NCBI GenBank assembly: GCA_001823575.1
Contig: MHUW01000016.1
Span: forward strand, 2,099-66,098
Source: Candidatus Yonathbacteria bacterium RIFCSPLOWO2_01_FULL_47_33b
Lineage (GTDB): Bacteria > Patescibacteriota > Minisyncoccia > Phycocordibacterales > UBA1550
Direction: 5' to 3'
Length of the DNA: 64,000 bases
This document shows positions 30,479 through 40,910 of this stretch, in pieces. The notes under the pieces were generated by a model that ran no database searches, was not told the origin of the DNA, and saw nothing but the letters and a program-made list of their open reading frames with translations. A program made the translations under genes and the position numbers. The stretch's first letter is position 1, and the number at the start of each line of letters is the position of its first letter.

Positions 30479-31132
30479 ATGGATACACAAAAAAGAATCA
30501 TTGTTTGGGTTTCGGCAGTTTTGGTTATTGGCATTACCGCCGTCGCGGCATGGCAGATTGCGAAAGGCCCAAAGACACCAGTAGTGCGCGCAGGAACCCT
30601 CACGGAGGTGGTTTCGGAAAGCGACTGGACAAAGGGCGCAACGAGCGAATCCAAAAAGGCGGAACTCGTTGAGTATAGTGATTTCCAGTGCCCTGCATGT
30701 GGTATGTTCTACCCAATACTTGAAGAAATAGCGGCGAGCCACAAAGACACCCTCTCATTCACCTATCGCCACTTCCCTCTCCCTCAGCACAAAAACGCTC
30801 TTGCCGCAGCCTATGCGACAGAGGCAGCCGGACTACAAGGTAAGTTCTGGGAAATGCACGCAAAAATATTCGAGAGTCAGGACGAGTGGTCTGAGACCGA
30901 CACCGCGGAGGCAACCTTTGAAAAATTTGCGACCGAGCTTGAGCTCGACATGGCGCGCTTTACAACTGACCGTGATTCACAAACAACCAAGGATGCTGTC
31001 GAGTATGACAAAGAGACTGGACTAAAGTCTGGCGTTAACTCAACACCCTCGTTCTACTTGAACGGAAAGAAGATGGCACAGCCAAAAAGCGCAGAAGAAT
31101 TCAAGGCAACCATTGAAGCTGCTCTTAAATAA
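30479..31132 (+). CDS. DsbA family thiol-disulfide oxidoreductase
   Basis: EYSDFQCPAC, YRHFPL and GVNSTPSF motifs; N-terminal TM. Confidence 0.93.
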   Translation: MDTQKRIIVWVSAVLVIGITAVAAWQIAKGPKTPVVRAGTLTEVVSESDWTKGATSESKKAELVEYSDFQCPACGMFYPILEEIAASHKDTLSFTYRHFPLPQHKNALAAAYATEAAGLQGKFWEMHAKIFESQDEWSETDTAEATFEKFATELELDMARFTTDRDSQTTKDAVEYDKETGLKSGVNSTPSFYLNGKKMAQPKSAEEFKATIEAALK

Positions 31133-31133
31133 A

Positions 31134-31583
31134 ATGAACAAAGTTCTTCCTACATCCCTCATTGTCGTAGTCATCATACTCGCCCTCGTCGGGTTCGCTG
31201 ATTCGACGTTCCTCCTTGCCAAGCGCTTGTCTGGCGGGCCAATCCCCTGCGTCCTCGGCTTTACGGGATGCGACACCGTATCAAAGTCTCCCTACTCGGT
31301 ACTCTTTGGCATTCCTCTCTCCGCATACGGTATGGTGTTTTATCTCGGTATCGGCATTCTCGGGCTTTTGTATCTCGACACCAAGAAAGCGCTCTTCGCG
31401 CGCCTTCTCCTCCCCGCAACCGCACTCGGTTTTGCAATGTCCGCGTACTTCATCTACGTGCAAAAGTTTCTCATCAAAGCTTTTTGTGTGTACTGCATCC
31501 TCTCCGCAATCATTTCAACGATGTTGTTTTGTTTGGGGGTAATAATCCACAGGAAACTAAAGGCTTCAGCTGCTCAGCAATAG
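31134..31583 (+). CDS. Vitamin K epoxide reductase (VKOR) family protein
   Basis: C..GCDTV.KSPYS...GIP and CVYC motifs. Confidence 0.93.
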   Translation: MNKVLPTSLIVVVIILALVGFADSTFLLAKRLSGGPIPCVLGFTGCDTVSKSPYSVLFGIPLSAYGMVFYLGIGILGLLYLDTKKALFARLLLPATALGFAMSAYFIYVQKFLIKAFCVYCILSAIISTMLFCLGVIIHRKLKASAAQQ

Positions 31584-31597
31584 GGCGCACTATAAAA

Positions 31598-31627
31598 AAT
31601 ACCCCACTTGTAAAAAAGTGGGGTATT
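31598..31627. terminator. Bidirectional terminator
   Basis: AATACCCCACTT/AAGTGGGGTATT stem between convergent genes. Confidence 0.75.
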
Positions 31628-31646
31628 AAGGTTACAACGAAGGAGA

Positions 31647-32855
31647 CTAGTACAACTGGTTCCAATCAACCCACTTCCATGCTGTCCACTGACCAAGATC
31701 GGGGTCGTAGTAACTCGTATTTCGTATTAAACGATTTGCTTTGTATGTGATTTGATTCACATACGCAATACGACCATCAGCAAGCTGAAAGGCCATTTTG
31801 TGAAGATCCCATGCTGGATCCCAATTTGGGTCGTACTCGTATGGATTGCTTACATCCATTTTTACGTACACAAACCGAGCATCGTTTTCCACAGCATGGA
31901 GCATATCGATTCGGGCACGATCCTTTTGAAAGTTATTGCGCGGCACCAAAATGTGATACGTCACCCCTGCGAGTAACGGCTTGAAACCATACTGCTTGCC
32001 GTTCTCAAAAAAGTTGGCATCAACATCAAGGTAGTAGTACCAAGACCCGGCGCTATCAAAGATAACTCCTTCCGCGTCTATCCATCCGGCGGCGATAGCT
32101 TGCTTGAGCGTTTTCTTTTGACCCTGGTATTCGACATACGTCGTAGAGGACGGCGCATTCCCTGTCATGGTAAAAGTATACCAGAAACCATCGGCAGGGA
32201 GCGTGTAGTCCACGGAATCGCGACGGTCGTCCACAATTAGCGATGGTGCACGATACTGCAGCGCTTGACTTTTGATAAGAGGATTTTGGTATGGGTTAGT
32301 CGTAAGGGGAATATTGAGGTCCCACTGAGCCTCCCAGTGTAGGTGCGGAATCCAACCACCCGTACCGCCAATATACGCCACTGGCTGCCCTTGGGTAACA
32401 ATACTCCCTGAATTGGGAACTCCTGATGTCCAAGTAATCCCCGTCGCAAAGCCATTCAAGTGAAGGTACGCGCTGTCAAACGTTACCAGCCCACCCGCTT
32501 CTTTTGCGTATGGGAAAGAATAACGAATATAAAGTTGCTTACCTTTTGTAGAGTCATCAACGGCATCAAGGTACGTCACCTGTCCATCAGCAATAGCGAC
32601 TAGTGGGGCATCGAGATCAGTACTGCCACCACATACACCATTCCAGTCTTCACCAAGATGATATTTGGTGAAATCGGGATTCAGCTGCATGTGATATTGA
32701 TCCTGTTTGTACCCGTTCCCTTGGCCACACGCGGGTGTCCACACTTCATTTTCATTGTACGGTGGTTGAAATTTCCCAGCCGTACCAGCAAGTGCCGCGG
32801 AGCAACCCAGTGCGAGTACCATACACACCGTTAGTACCGAACTTTTAACGTCCAT
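31647..32855 (-). CDS. Secreted M23 family metallopeptidase with unknown C-terminal domain
   Basis: Signal peptide; HLGED (HxxxD), AIADGQV, YLHL and PHLHW motifs; AAGGAGG SD. Confidence 0.85.
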   Translation of the reverse strand: MDVKSSVLTVCMVLALGCSAALAGTAGKFQPPYNENEVWTPACGQGNGYKQDQYHMQLNPDFTKYHLGEDWNGVCGGSTDLDAPLVAIADGQVTYLDAVDDSTKGKQLYIRYSFPYAKEAGGLVTFDSAYLHLNGFATGITWTSGVPNSGSIVTQGQPVAYIGGTGGWIPHLHWEAQWDLNIPLTTNPYQNPLIKSQALQYRAPSLIVDDRRDSVDYTLPADGFWYTFTMTGNAPSSTTYVEYQGQKKTLKQAIAAGWIDAEGVIFDSAGSWYYYLDVDANFFENGKQYGFKPLLAGVTYHILVPRNNFQKDRARIDMLHAVENDARFVYVKMDVSNPYEYDPNWDPAWDLHKMAFQLADGRIAYVNQITYKANRLIRNTSYYDPDLGQWTAWKWVDWNQLY

Positions 32856-32955
32856 TTGAAACCTCCTTCGTAATTTGAAAAGAACAAAATCGGTTGCCTG
32901 TCAACCGATTTTTGTATCATAGCACAGTAACGTTTTTTTTTGCAACCTTTGGTTA

Positions 32956-33546
32956 TCAAATAAGTTTAAAAGAAAGGAGGATTTGTTCTAATACTTCATA
33001 GTAATCACCTGGTACCGTAGACATACGGTAATCAAGCACATGAAACATATACGAATTATCCCCCGCAAAATTTCCGAGCACTGTAGTTGTTGCAATAAAA
33101 CCACCAGCAGCACGAACTACATATCCATTTGCATTATTGGTTATAATTTTTTTATAGTTTGATGATTCTTTTATTTTGGAAATATAATCATTTACCGGTG
33201 TTTCTTTTATAAAAATATAAATACCGTTATCATCCCCATGGAAAGGTCTCTGGTCGTAAATTGCGACAAACCCACGATCATCTTCTCCAGAAGTTACCCC
33301 ACCGGAGACTTTCCATCCCTCCGGATACTTCACCTCAAAACCAAATTCTTCACTTCGGTATGTCTCCCAATCAGAAGTATCTAGAGTGTTGTTAGGGAAG
33401 GTAAGTTGCGAAAGTGTCTCTTCTGGTGCAATTTTAATAACCTCGTTAGGGAGCCTGGGAACTCGCTGTTTTTGAAAAACAAAGAACACGCTGACAACAA
33501 GGGCCATGGCGACCAAGATGTACATTATTCTATTCTTTGTTGTCAT
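32956..33546 (-). CDS. Membrane-anchored PsbP-like hypothetical protein
   Basis: N-terminal TM; DWETYRSEEFGFEVKYPEGW; ends ILLSFKL. Confidence 0.7.
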   Translation of the reverse strand: MTTKNRIMYILVAMALVVSVFFVFQKQRVPRLPNEVIKIAPEETLSQLTFPNNTLDTSDWETYRSEEFGFEVKYPEGWKVSGGVTSGEDDRGFVAIYDQRPFHGDDNGIYIFIKETPVNDYISKIKESSNYKKIITNNANGYVVRAAGGFIATTTVLGNFAGDNSYMFHVLDYRMSTVPGDYYEVLEQILLSFKLI

Positions 33547-33603
33547 CTTTTAAACACTAGCATGTGTTATGGTGTTCACGCAAATAAGATCTAGCGCCCT
33601 AAC

Positions 33604-34218
33604 CTAGAACCCCAGTTTTTCTTTCACGAAAATAACGGTAAGGTGACGGTTCGGCATTATTTCGCGCTCGATAACAAGTACGCGGCCAATCGTGCTTCCC
33701 GGATACCCTGCGTTCTGCATCCGTTTATTCTCAAGAGGAAATACATAATCCTCAATGCGCCTGAACGCTGCTTCGCGGTCGGGAACAATTTTTTGCGCAC
33801 CCACAACCCAGATGACATTGTCTGATGAAAACGCATAGCTCGGAATCTGACTTCCTGACGCCGAAGCGTCCAATAACTGTCCTGCCTCCGTCACCGCATG
33901 TACACTCCCGAGGAAGTAGTCTGCAAGCACGGACTCTTTGCGGAGACGCTCTTGTTTCGCCGAGTCTTTTTCCTTCAAAATCTCTTCGTGCACGTTGTTC
34001 CATTCATGCGTCCCTTCTTTGAGGTAGCCGACGAAGCCAATCTCTTGAAGTGTTGTTGAGGAACCATTCATCACCGACGCTCCGGCAGGAATGAGGCTCT
34101 TTATTTTCTCGAGCGCCTCTGCACGCGTATCCACCACGACCGCGTTGATGTTGCGCTCCTTGAGGGCGGCGATTACTTTTTCAATAGTTTCTTCTGATGC
34201 TAGATGTTCGTAGTTCAT
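33604..34218 (-). CDS. LUD (lactate utilization/DUF1121-like) domain protein
   Basis: GSSTTLQEIG, ADYFLGSVHAVTE and VVGAQKIV motifs. Confidence 0.85.
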   Translation of the reverse strand: MNYEHLASEETIEKVIAALKERNINAVVVDTRAEALEKIKSLIPAGASVMNGSSTTLQEIGFVGYLKEGTHEWNNVHEEILKEKDSAKQERLRKESVLADYFLGSVHAVTEAGQLLDASASGSQIPSYAFSSDNVIWVVGAQKIVPDREAAFRRIEDYVFPLENKRMQNAGYPGSTIGRVLVIEREIMPNRHLTVIFVKEKLGF

Positions 34219-34225
34219 AATATTT

Positions 34226-35077
34226 TTACTTAGATTCAAATAAAGTCGGCTGCTCAACCTCGCGCATGTTGATGAAGATAACCAACGCAAAAACAAGAAG
34301 GGAGAGATATGCTGGCACAAAGAAGAATCCACTGATGTTGAAAATCGTTTTCAGAAACAGCCCCGGGATGACCGCATATATACTCATCTTGTACGCTCCG
34401 CTGTACGTAAGTGGCATCTTTCTTACTTTAGCAAGAAGGAACGGAATGAGCGCAAAAAGGAAAAGAGGTATAAGGTACACAACATACCCAAGGAATAACG
34501 AAACGAGGGTAGCCAAAATACCGAGCGGTACCAAGTATGGAAGCCCGGCCTGTATTTTTCCAACGAACGCAAGAAGTTTTGTCTGGTCAATGATCGTATC
34601 GGGAGTGTTGCGCAAACTCTGAATTGTTACATTACCTTTATTGTTTTGCGTTGCAACTTCTGTTTTGGTGAGCAAGATGAGTGTCTTGTGCTCTTCAAAC
34701 ATTTTCATATTGAAGTCATGCACCGTATCAATAACCAGCAAATTATCGAGATTATCTTCCTGGAGAATATCGCGAGTCACCCCGGACCCCACAACAACAA
34801 ACGGCTCGGCAATATTGGTTGATACTTCTCCTTTCTTTATCGTTACCACCATCTCTGTGGGGTAATACGATCTCACCAAAGAGGGCGCGCTGTCTCGTAT
34901 AAATCGCACTCCTCGTGGGGCCAAAATGATAGAAAAAGCAATGGTCGCCACAACCGCTAGAACAAATATGGCTTTTACATAATACCGAAGAGCGCTGCCC
35001 AACGATGCACTCGCGACCCCACGATAAAAATCGGGGTTATGTAAACTTTTTTTGAAGGTCTCGAAAATGGTTTTCAT
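34226..35077 (-). CDS. DUF1189-like membrane protein
   Basis: N-terminal TM, soluble loop, C-terminal TMs with YSGAYKMSIYA. Confidence 0.65.
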   Translation of the reverse strand: MKTIFETFKKSLHNPDFYRGVASASLGSALRYYVKAIFVLAVVATIAFSIILAPRGVRFIRDSAPSLVRSYYPTEMVVTIKKGEVSTNIAEPFVVVGSGVTRDILQEDNLDNLLVIDTVHDFNMKMFEEHKTLILLTKTEVATQNNKGNVTIQSLRNTPDTIIDQTKLLAFVGKIQAGLPYLVPLGILATLVSLFLGYVVYLIPLFLFALIPFLLAKVRKMPLTYSGAYKMSIYAVIPGLFLKTIFNISGFFFVPAYLSLLVFALVIFINMREVEQPTLFESK

Positions 35078-35134
35078 GGGTATTTTAAATTATGGTTACT
35101 TCAAGTATATCAGGGTGTCCCCCCGATGCAACCA

Positions 35135-36328
35135 TTACGGACTATTCTGTGCTTCCCTTTTTCCGTTGGTGATAATTGTTGAAAGGAGGAGAACGCCGAC
35201 GACAACACACATACCCGCCACAACAAGTGCCGTAGGCGCACTAAAACGTTCCCAGAGATACCCGCCGCCGACACCGGCAACCATGAGGCCAAACCCCATC
35301 GTTGCATTCACGAGCCCGTATGCCCCTGCGCGATATTCTGGCGGTGAAAGCTCTGCCGCCAACGCGCGTGCTACCCCATCGGTAAGCGCCGGGAAAAGTC
35401 CGAGGACTAAAAATCCGAGGATGAGCGCAGGGGTACTTTTTGCAAATACGATTACCGTATACCCAACCAAGAGCACGAGGTAACCAATGCGTAACACTTT
35501 CCTCGGACCAATCTGGTCACTCAATCCTCCTGCGCGGAGAGAGAACCCTACGAACGAGAGGTTGTAGAGCATATAAAAAAGCGGGATTGATGCAATGGCG
35601 AGACCGATGTGTTGTGTGGAGAGCAAGAGAACCGCCACAGGCATACTCCCCATCGCAAGTAAAAAAAGTGCGATGAGATAACGCTTGAAATCCGCAGGGA
35701 ATACGGCAATCGATGCAAGAGTAATACCGTTTTTTTTGAGATCACCAACCGTGTCTTTTACAAACACGAGCGACGCAAGAGCGAGGAGCCCTATGATGAA
35801 TGCGACGATAAACACGGTATCAAATGCATTGGGGTTTGCACGCAAAATGAGGTACGCGACGAGCGGCCCACCGAGGGCGCCCAGTGTGTCCAACATACGA
35901 TGATACCCAAACGCTCGCCCGATCTCCTCTTTGGGTGTCGAGAGCGAGATGATGGCGTCGCGCGGTGCTTCGCGAAGACCCTTGCCAACACGGTCGGCAA
36001 AACGAAGCCCAAGCACCCCACCAACCGATGCCGTAAGGAGATACACGGGGCGTGTAACCACCGACAGCGCATACCCCACCACCATGAAAGGTTTTCTTTT
36101 TTGCGTCGCGTCAGAAAGTCGCCCCGCATAAATCTTAATGATGTTTGCGGCACCATCCGCAAACCCCTCCACGAGACCGAGCGACCCCGCCCCTGCTTTC
36201 AACACCGACGTAAAGAATGCGGGAAATATGGAAAGCACCATTTCAGACGAAAAGTCATTGAAAAAACTCGTGAGCCCAAGAAGGGTTACGTTACGCGACG
36301 GGCGATATTTCTTTACAGAATCAGGCAT
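35135..36328 (-). CDS. MFS transporter
   Basis: About 12 TMs; DFSSEM, GRLSD and DRVGKGLREAPRDA motifs. Confidence 0.93.
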   Translation of the reverse strand: MPDSVKKYRPSRNVTLLGLTSFFNDFSSEMVLSIFPAFFTSVLKAGAGSLGLVEGFADGAANIIKIYAGRLSDATQKRKPFMVVGYALSVVTRPVYLLTASVGGVLGLRFADRVGKGLREAPRDAIISLSTPKEEIGRAFGYHRMLDTLGALGGPLVAYLILRANPNAFDTVFIVAFIIGLLALASLVFVKDTVGDLKKNGITLASIAVFPADFKRYLIALFLLAMGSMPVAVLLLSTQHIGLAIASIPLFYMLYNLSFVGFSLRAGGLSDQIGPRKVLRIGYLVLLVGYTVIVFAKSTPALILGFLVLGLFPALTDGVARALAAELSPPEYRAGAYGLVNATMGFGLMVAGVGGGYLWERFSAPTALVVAGMCVVVGVLLLSTIITNGKREAQNSP

Positions 36329-36336
36329 ACCGACGA

Positions 36337-36948
36337 TTATTGAGCCAGGTTCTTTTTAGGTTTACGTATCACAAAGAACAACACGATAGCAAGAAGCGCT
36401 CCCAACGTATCCATCGCCATATCCCTTTGCGCGTCCCAAATATCACCCTGACTGCCTAGGTATGCCGCACCCGCGAGAGGGTCGGCACTTGTGGCATACA
36501 ACCACTCAATGACTTCGTAACCCATTGCCACAAACGCAATAGCGAAGAGCGGATAGGTGAACAGGAGAAAACGATTCGTCACGAGACGTTTTACGAGGAG
36601 CCACTCCGCAACAGCAAACGCATAAAAGCCGACCGTGAAGTGTGCAATGCGGTCGTAGTGATTGCGCTCAAAACCAAAGAAGTTAGTGAACCAATCAAAA
36701 GGAACCTTGGCAAATGTGTAATGCCCACCGAGTGTGTGCATAAATATGAGCACCGCACCCAGTGCATAGGCAAGATTTGAAAAACGAACCCCGCGCACCC
36801 ACAAAACAACGAGTGTTCCTACAATAATCCACACGGTCGCATTCTCGGCAAACCATGTTGGGCGATCAATCGGGTTGAATGCGAGAATAGCAAAAAAAAT
36901 CACATAGAGACCCAGGAGTGTTGCGGGGAATGTTCCGTTTGACGACAT
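36337..36948 (-). CDS. DUF2238 membrane protein
   Basis: GGHYTFAKVP, RNHYDRIAH and QGDIWDAQRDM motifs. Confidence 0.9.
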   Translation of the reverse strand: MSSNGTFPATLLGLYVIFFAILAFNPIDRPTWFAENATVWIIVGTLVVLWVRGVRFSNLAYALGAVLIFMHTLGGHYTFAKVPFDWFTNFFGFERNHYDRIAHFTVGFYAFAVAEWLLVKRLVTNRFLLFTYPLFAIAFVAMGYEVIEWLYATSADPLAGAAYLGSQGDIWDAQRDMAMDTLGALLAIVLFFVIRKPKKNLAQ

Positions 36949-36965
36949 ATCCTTTATTGTATACC

Positions 36966-37763
36966 TTATTGCCCCTCTTTCAAAAAATCATCAATAGCTT
37001 GATATGTCTCTGGAAAGGCAAAGAGGTCATTGTGTCCCGCACCAGGAATAATAATCATTTTTTTATGAGGAGTCGTGAGCTGCGCGAACAATTTCTGCCC
37101 GAGTGCGAGCGGAATGATATCGTCTTTGTCGCCATGCAGTAAAACAACCTCCTTTTGGAAATCTTCCAGCAGGTGCGCGTTGTCGAATTCATCCCTCACC
37201 AAGAGAGAGATCGGATAAAACCAAAAAGCTTCCCGCGCAATATCGACCAGTGTCGTAAATGAGGAAATAAGAAGAAGTTTTTTCGGAGGTAATAGTGATG
37301 CATGATAAGACGCGAACCTATCGCCCACACTCTCCCCTACGACAACCACTTCTGAAAAATTTCGTGTGCGTAAAAAATCCACCGCATGTTCCACGTCTTT
37401 TTTAATGCGTTCGTGCGACGGCTTCCCGTTATCATTCGAGTATCCAGCGTATTCCGGTAAAAGATACGAGTACCCTGCTTGCTCAAAGAGCCCAGCAATA
37501 AATGCGCGGTCACACGCCGACCCAAAGTTGCCATGGTAGAGTACGGCGACCCGCGGACCATTGTCCTTAAAATACATTCTCGTTCCCCCGTGCGTTATTT
37601 TTTCTGCCTGCACTAAATTAGGGCACGTCGAAAAATCTTGTGGCGAGGGTTGATAAATGATGCTCTCTTGTCTGACCGTTAAAAAAATACCATACACGAC
37701 GTAGAACACGACAAAGAACCACACGGCTGCAAGAGAATTTTTATCGTACAATGATAGTGCCAT
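36966..37763 (-). CDS. Alpha/beta hydrolase
   Basis: HGN, GESVG, HGDKDDIIP and GAGHND motifs. Confidence 0.9.
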   Translation of the reverse strand: MALSLYDKNSLAAVWFFVVFYVVYGIFLTVRQESIIYQPSPQDFSTCPNLVQAEKITHGGTRMYFKDNGPRVAVLYHGNFGSACDRAFIAGLFEQAGYSYLLPEYAGYSNDNGKPSHERIKKDVEHAVDFLRTRNFSEVVVVGESVGDRFASYHASLLPPKKLLLISSFTTLVDIAREAFWFYPISLLVRDEFDNAHLLEDFQKEVVLLHGDKDDIIPLALGQKLFAQLTTPHKKMIIIPGAGHNDLFAFPETYQAIDDFLKEGQ

Positions 37764-37767
37764 GTTG

Positions 37768-38847
37768 TTAGAGTAGTTTGATCACAAGGGTGGAGAGCGT
37801 GGGAACTCTTTCTACCGTAAACCTCGTGCGCCCCAGATACTGCCCTTGCTCGGTGACCACATTCACCCGCCACTCCCCTGCAAAAAGGTTACCCTTCACT
37901 GAGTACCCGCGATACCCCCCATCGCGCCCACCCGTAACCTGAAACTGTAGGCGGTCGGTGGTCACCCATTCATTTTTTATATCATCAAAATACTGCCACT
38001 CGTGGAAAATGGGCACGCTCAGATGTGTTGGTGCAAAAACCGAACTGTAGAAATAGAGGGGTTCATTCGCCAAACGATGAATGGTTGGGTGGTACCGCGA
38101 AACAAGGTCGTACCACGCGACTCCTTCGGTTTGCGCTTGATATCCACCACCCTCTGTCCGCTCGACTACGTGATACACACCAGCTTGTTTGAGAGAAAGC
38201 GGAATTGGCGGAATGATGTTGGTGAAATAGAGGATATTGATTACCACAAACGCGGACCCCAGACTGACCTTCAGTACGGGTCTCATATTTTTCATTACCT
38301 CAGGAATGATTCTCGACAACACAAAAACAAGCATCATCATCACGAGCACACTCACGGCCCCACTTACTAAAAACGCCCAGACATCCATCCTGTTCAAAAC
38401 AATAGGCGTATAAAGAATCGTAAAGAAAAAGATTGCGACAAAGAGAATGTTTATCTGAAACTCAAATCGCTGGTAGTAATTTTTGAAAAATTCATTCCCC
38501 AAGAGAACAGCCGCGAGTAAAACAATAAAGGCCCAACTACTCGTAAGCGAAGCGCTTCGTGTAAAAAATACAAAGTAACCACTAAAGAGCGCACCAAATG
38601 AAAACTGCGCAAGGAAAGGCGCCAGAGAAAAGAGCCGGGCGGCGAGAGGACCACGCACCTCCCGTCGCTCCGCAAAGGCAGTGAGGAGTACCGCAATGAC
38701 CGCAACCATAAGGTACGAAAGCAAAACAAGACTACTCCACAGAACGTCAATGCGGACGAGCGTAAGATTGTCGACCACAAACCCCACCAGAAACGCGAGC
38801 GACATCAACCGCTCACGTTTTGAAAAAAGAAATTGCCAGATAGCCAT
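37768..38847 (-). CDS. DUF2914-like membrane protein
   Basis: Multi-TM region followed by GGRDGGYRGYS...GEWRVNV. Confidence 0.85.
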   Translation of the reverse strand: MAIWQFLFSKRERLMSLAFLVGFVVDNLTLVRIDVLWSSLVLLSYLMVAVIAVLLTAFAERREVRGPLAARLFSLAPFLAQFSFGALFSGYFVFFTRSASLTSSWAFIVLLAAVLLGNEFFKNYYQRFEFQINILFVAIFFFTILYTPIVLNRMDVWAFLVSGAVSVLVMMMLVFVLSRIIPEVMKNMRPVLKVSLGSAFVVINILYFTNIIPPIPLSLKQAGVYHVVERTEGGGYQAQTEGVAWYDLVSRYHPTIHRLANEPLYFYSSVFAPTHLSVPIFHEWQYFDDIKNEWVTTDRLQFQVTGGRDGGYRGYSVKGNLFAGEWRVNVVTEQGQYLGRTRFTVERVPTLSTLVIKLL

Positions 38848-38859
38848 AGGCTAATAGTA

Positions 38860-39429
38860 TCAGAAAAAACCAACTCTGGCTTTCTTGAGTTCACTATGGA
38901 GAGCGCGGTGATTTGGTATTGCCTGCTCAACCAAACTCCAAAACTTTCGTGAATGATTGAATTCTTTTAGGTGACACAATTCGTGCACAATAATATAGTC
39001 TGAAATGTGCGCAGGAAGTAACGCGATTTTGTAATTAAAATTGATGTTACCTTTCTTTGAGCAACTTCCCCACCGCGTCTTTTGGTTTCTGATAGTCACC
39101 TTGCCCCAACTAAGTTGGTAGACTTCATTGAAATGCGCCATCCTCTCTATCGCAAGGACACGTGCTGACTCCTTGTGCAAGGCAAACTCCTGTTTAGTAT
39201 TCTTGAGTAAAATTCTGCCTGAAAACTTCTTGAAATACTCTATCTTATCAATAACCCATTGCGACTTTCTCACGATAAACTGCTCAATAGTGTCCAGCCC
39301 AACAAACTGTGGCGTGGTCACCACAAAATCTCCGTTCCCATAAATAGCGAGTCGCATCCTTCGTGCACGTTTGCTCACTTTGAGCGTGTACTCAACTCTT
39401 TTCTGATGCAGTTCAATCTCTTTTTTCAT
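38860..39429 (-). CDS. YgjP/DUF45 zinc metallopeptidase-like protein
   Basis: QKTRWGSCS and HELCHLKEFNHS motifs. Confidence 0.92.
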   Translation of the reverse strand: MKKEIELHQKRVEYTLKVSKRARRMRLAIYGNGDFVVTTPQFVGLDTIEQFIVRKSQWVIDKIEYFKKFSGRILLKNTKQEFALHKESARVLAIERMAHFNEVYQLSWGKVTIRNQKTRWGSCSKKGNINFNYKIALLPAHISDYIIVHELCHLKEFNHSRKFWSLVEQAIPNHRALHSELKKARVGFF

Positions 39430-39479
39430 AAACAATTTGTATTCCACTATTTTACCCTACTCGGTAGATATACAGAAAG

Positions 39480-39866
39480 TTAGCTCTGAAAAACAACTTC
39501 AAATGGATACATACCCATACCGCACATCCCCTGAAGGGTGCCTGCTTTACCGACACCTATATCAATATCCGTCACACCCGTCTGGGGAAGTGTTTTACTT
39601 ATCCCTAGGCTTGGAACACGGACTGACGATGAACAGTCAAAGGTGCCATTCGTATCAAACCTCAATATGGTGGGGATGCCTGCCTTAGCAACACTTTTCC
39701 TTGGTTGATAACCACCCCTAGCTTTTATCTCGACAATCTGTTTACCATCAACGATGGTGACATTGTTTGCGTTGACCACTTCCACTCCACCACTGCTCCT
39801 CGTGAGCACAAAAACTCCTCCGATAAGCACGAGTGCGACAACCATTGATAGTACGGTAGATTTCAT
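39480..39866 (-). CDS. Cupredoxin-like domain protein
   Basis: GGYQP, C, and CGMGM motifs. Confidence 0.85.
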   Translation of the reverse strand: MKSTVLSMVVALVLIGGVFVLTRSSGGVEVVNANNVTIVDGKQIVEIKARGGYQPRKSVAKAGIPTILRFDTNGTFDCSSSVRVPSLGISKTLPQTGVTDIDIGVGKAGTLQGMCGMGMYPFEVVFQS

Positions 39867-39879
39867 AACTATAAGTATA

Positions 39880-40905
39880 TTAAAAATTAAATAACGGCGG
39901 AATCAAACCCACAACAACCAAACTGTTTAGTATATTGAATACCGCGAACATCATAACGATAAGCCCTGCAGTCTTGAAAAATACCCCGGCCTTTGAACTG
40001 TTTTGAATACTGAATGAACTAAAACTAATGAGCGCGAGCACCGGAAATGTCCCCAAGGCAAACGAGAGCATCGTAAGTCCACCTTCCATGAAACTCCCTG
40101 TCGTGAGGGTATAGAGCTGCATCGACTGCGTGAACCCACAAGGCAGGAAAAAAGTGGCAACACCTACGAGAAGCGGTGTGAGGGTGTGGTTGAGTTTTGA
40201 CACCCCGTGGGCACGCTTTGCAACAGACTCCGGCATTGATAGCTGCAACTTCTTTGCCCACGGAAAAACATCAAGGAGGTTGAGTCCGAGGATAAGCATC
40301 ACCATGCCGATAATTAAACCAAGGGTAAAGGTCGCCGAAGCACTGAGTGTAAACGCTGACCCAAGAGCACCAATGACTCCACCAAGCACAAAAAATGAAA
40401 CAATGCGCCCGCCATGAAACATGAGCTGTGGTTTTATTTTGTCACCCTCTTTTGCAAAGGTCGCAGACATTGAAAGAACGAGTCCGCCCACAACCGCCAT
40501 GCATGTTGAGAGTGAAGCGATAATACCAATCACAAACGCCGTACCGTACGTAACATCGCCCGCGCTAACGAGATTCACGAGCCCTATTTTTTGCAGCACT
40601 ACAAACAGTACCGCAAAAGCTATGGCCACTGGTACGGCAATCCTGAAATCAGACCACTTGTTTTCTTTTACCTTCTTTTCAACAGACACCGTATACCCGT
40701 GAGACCTCAACGGTATCGTAAGTTCCTCGGCAATCAGCTCAGCTACCTTCTCTCCAAAGTTTCCCTCTACTTCCACTGAGTGATTTTTGAGGCTTGACTT
40801 CACATGAGTGATATACGGCAAATCTCCAAGCTCGCTTTCGATCATAAGGACGCATGAATTGCAGTGCATGCCCTGTACATGAAATGTATATTTTTGTGTA
40901 GTCAT
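39880..40905 (-). CDS. HMA domain plus DsbD_2/TauE-like membrane protein
   Basis: GMHCNSC, STCMAVVGG and FFLPCGFTQ motifs. Confidence 0.88.
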   Translation of the reverse strand: MTTQKYTFHVQGMHCNSCVLMIESELGDLPYITHVKSSLKNHSVEVEGNFGEKVAELIAEELTIPLRSHGYTVSVEKKVKENKWSDFRIAVPVAIAFAVLFVVLQKIGLVNLVSAGDVTYGTAFVIGIIASLSTCMAVVGGLVLSMSATFAKEGDKIKPQLMFHGGRIVSFFVLGGVIGALGSAFTLSASATFTLGLIIGMVMLILGLNLLDVFPWAKKLQLSMPESVAKRAHGVSKLNHTLTPLLVGVATFFLPCGFTQSMQLYTLTTGSFMEGGLTMLSFALGTFPVLALISFSSFSIQNSSKAGVFFKTAGLIVMMFAVFNILNSLVVVGLIPPLFNF

Positions 40906-40910
40906 AATGA

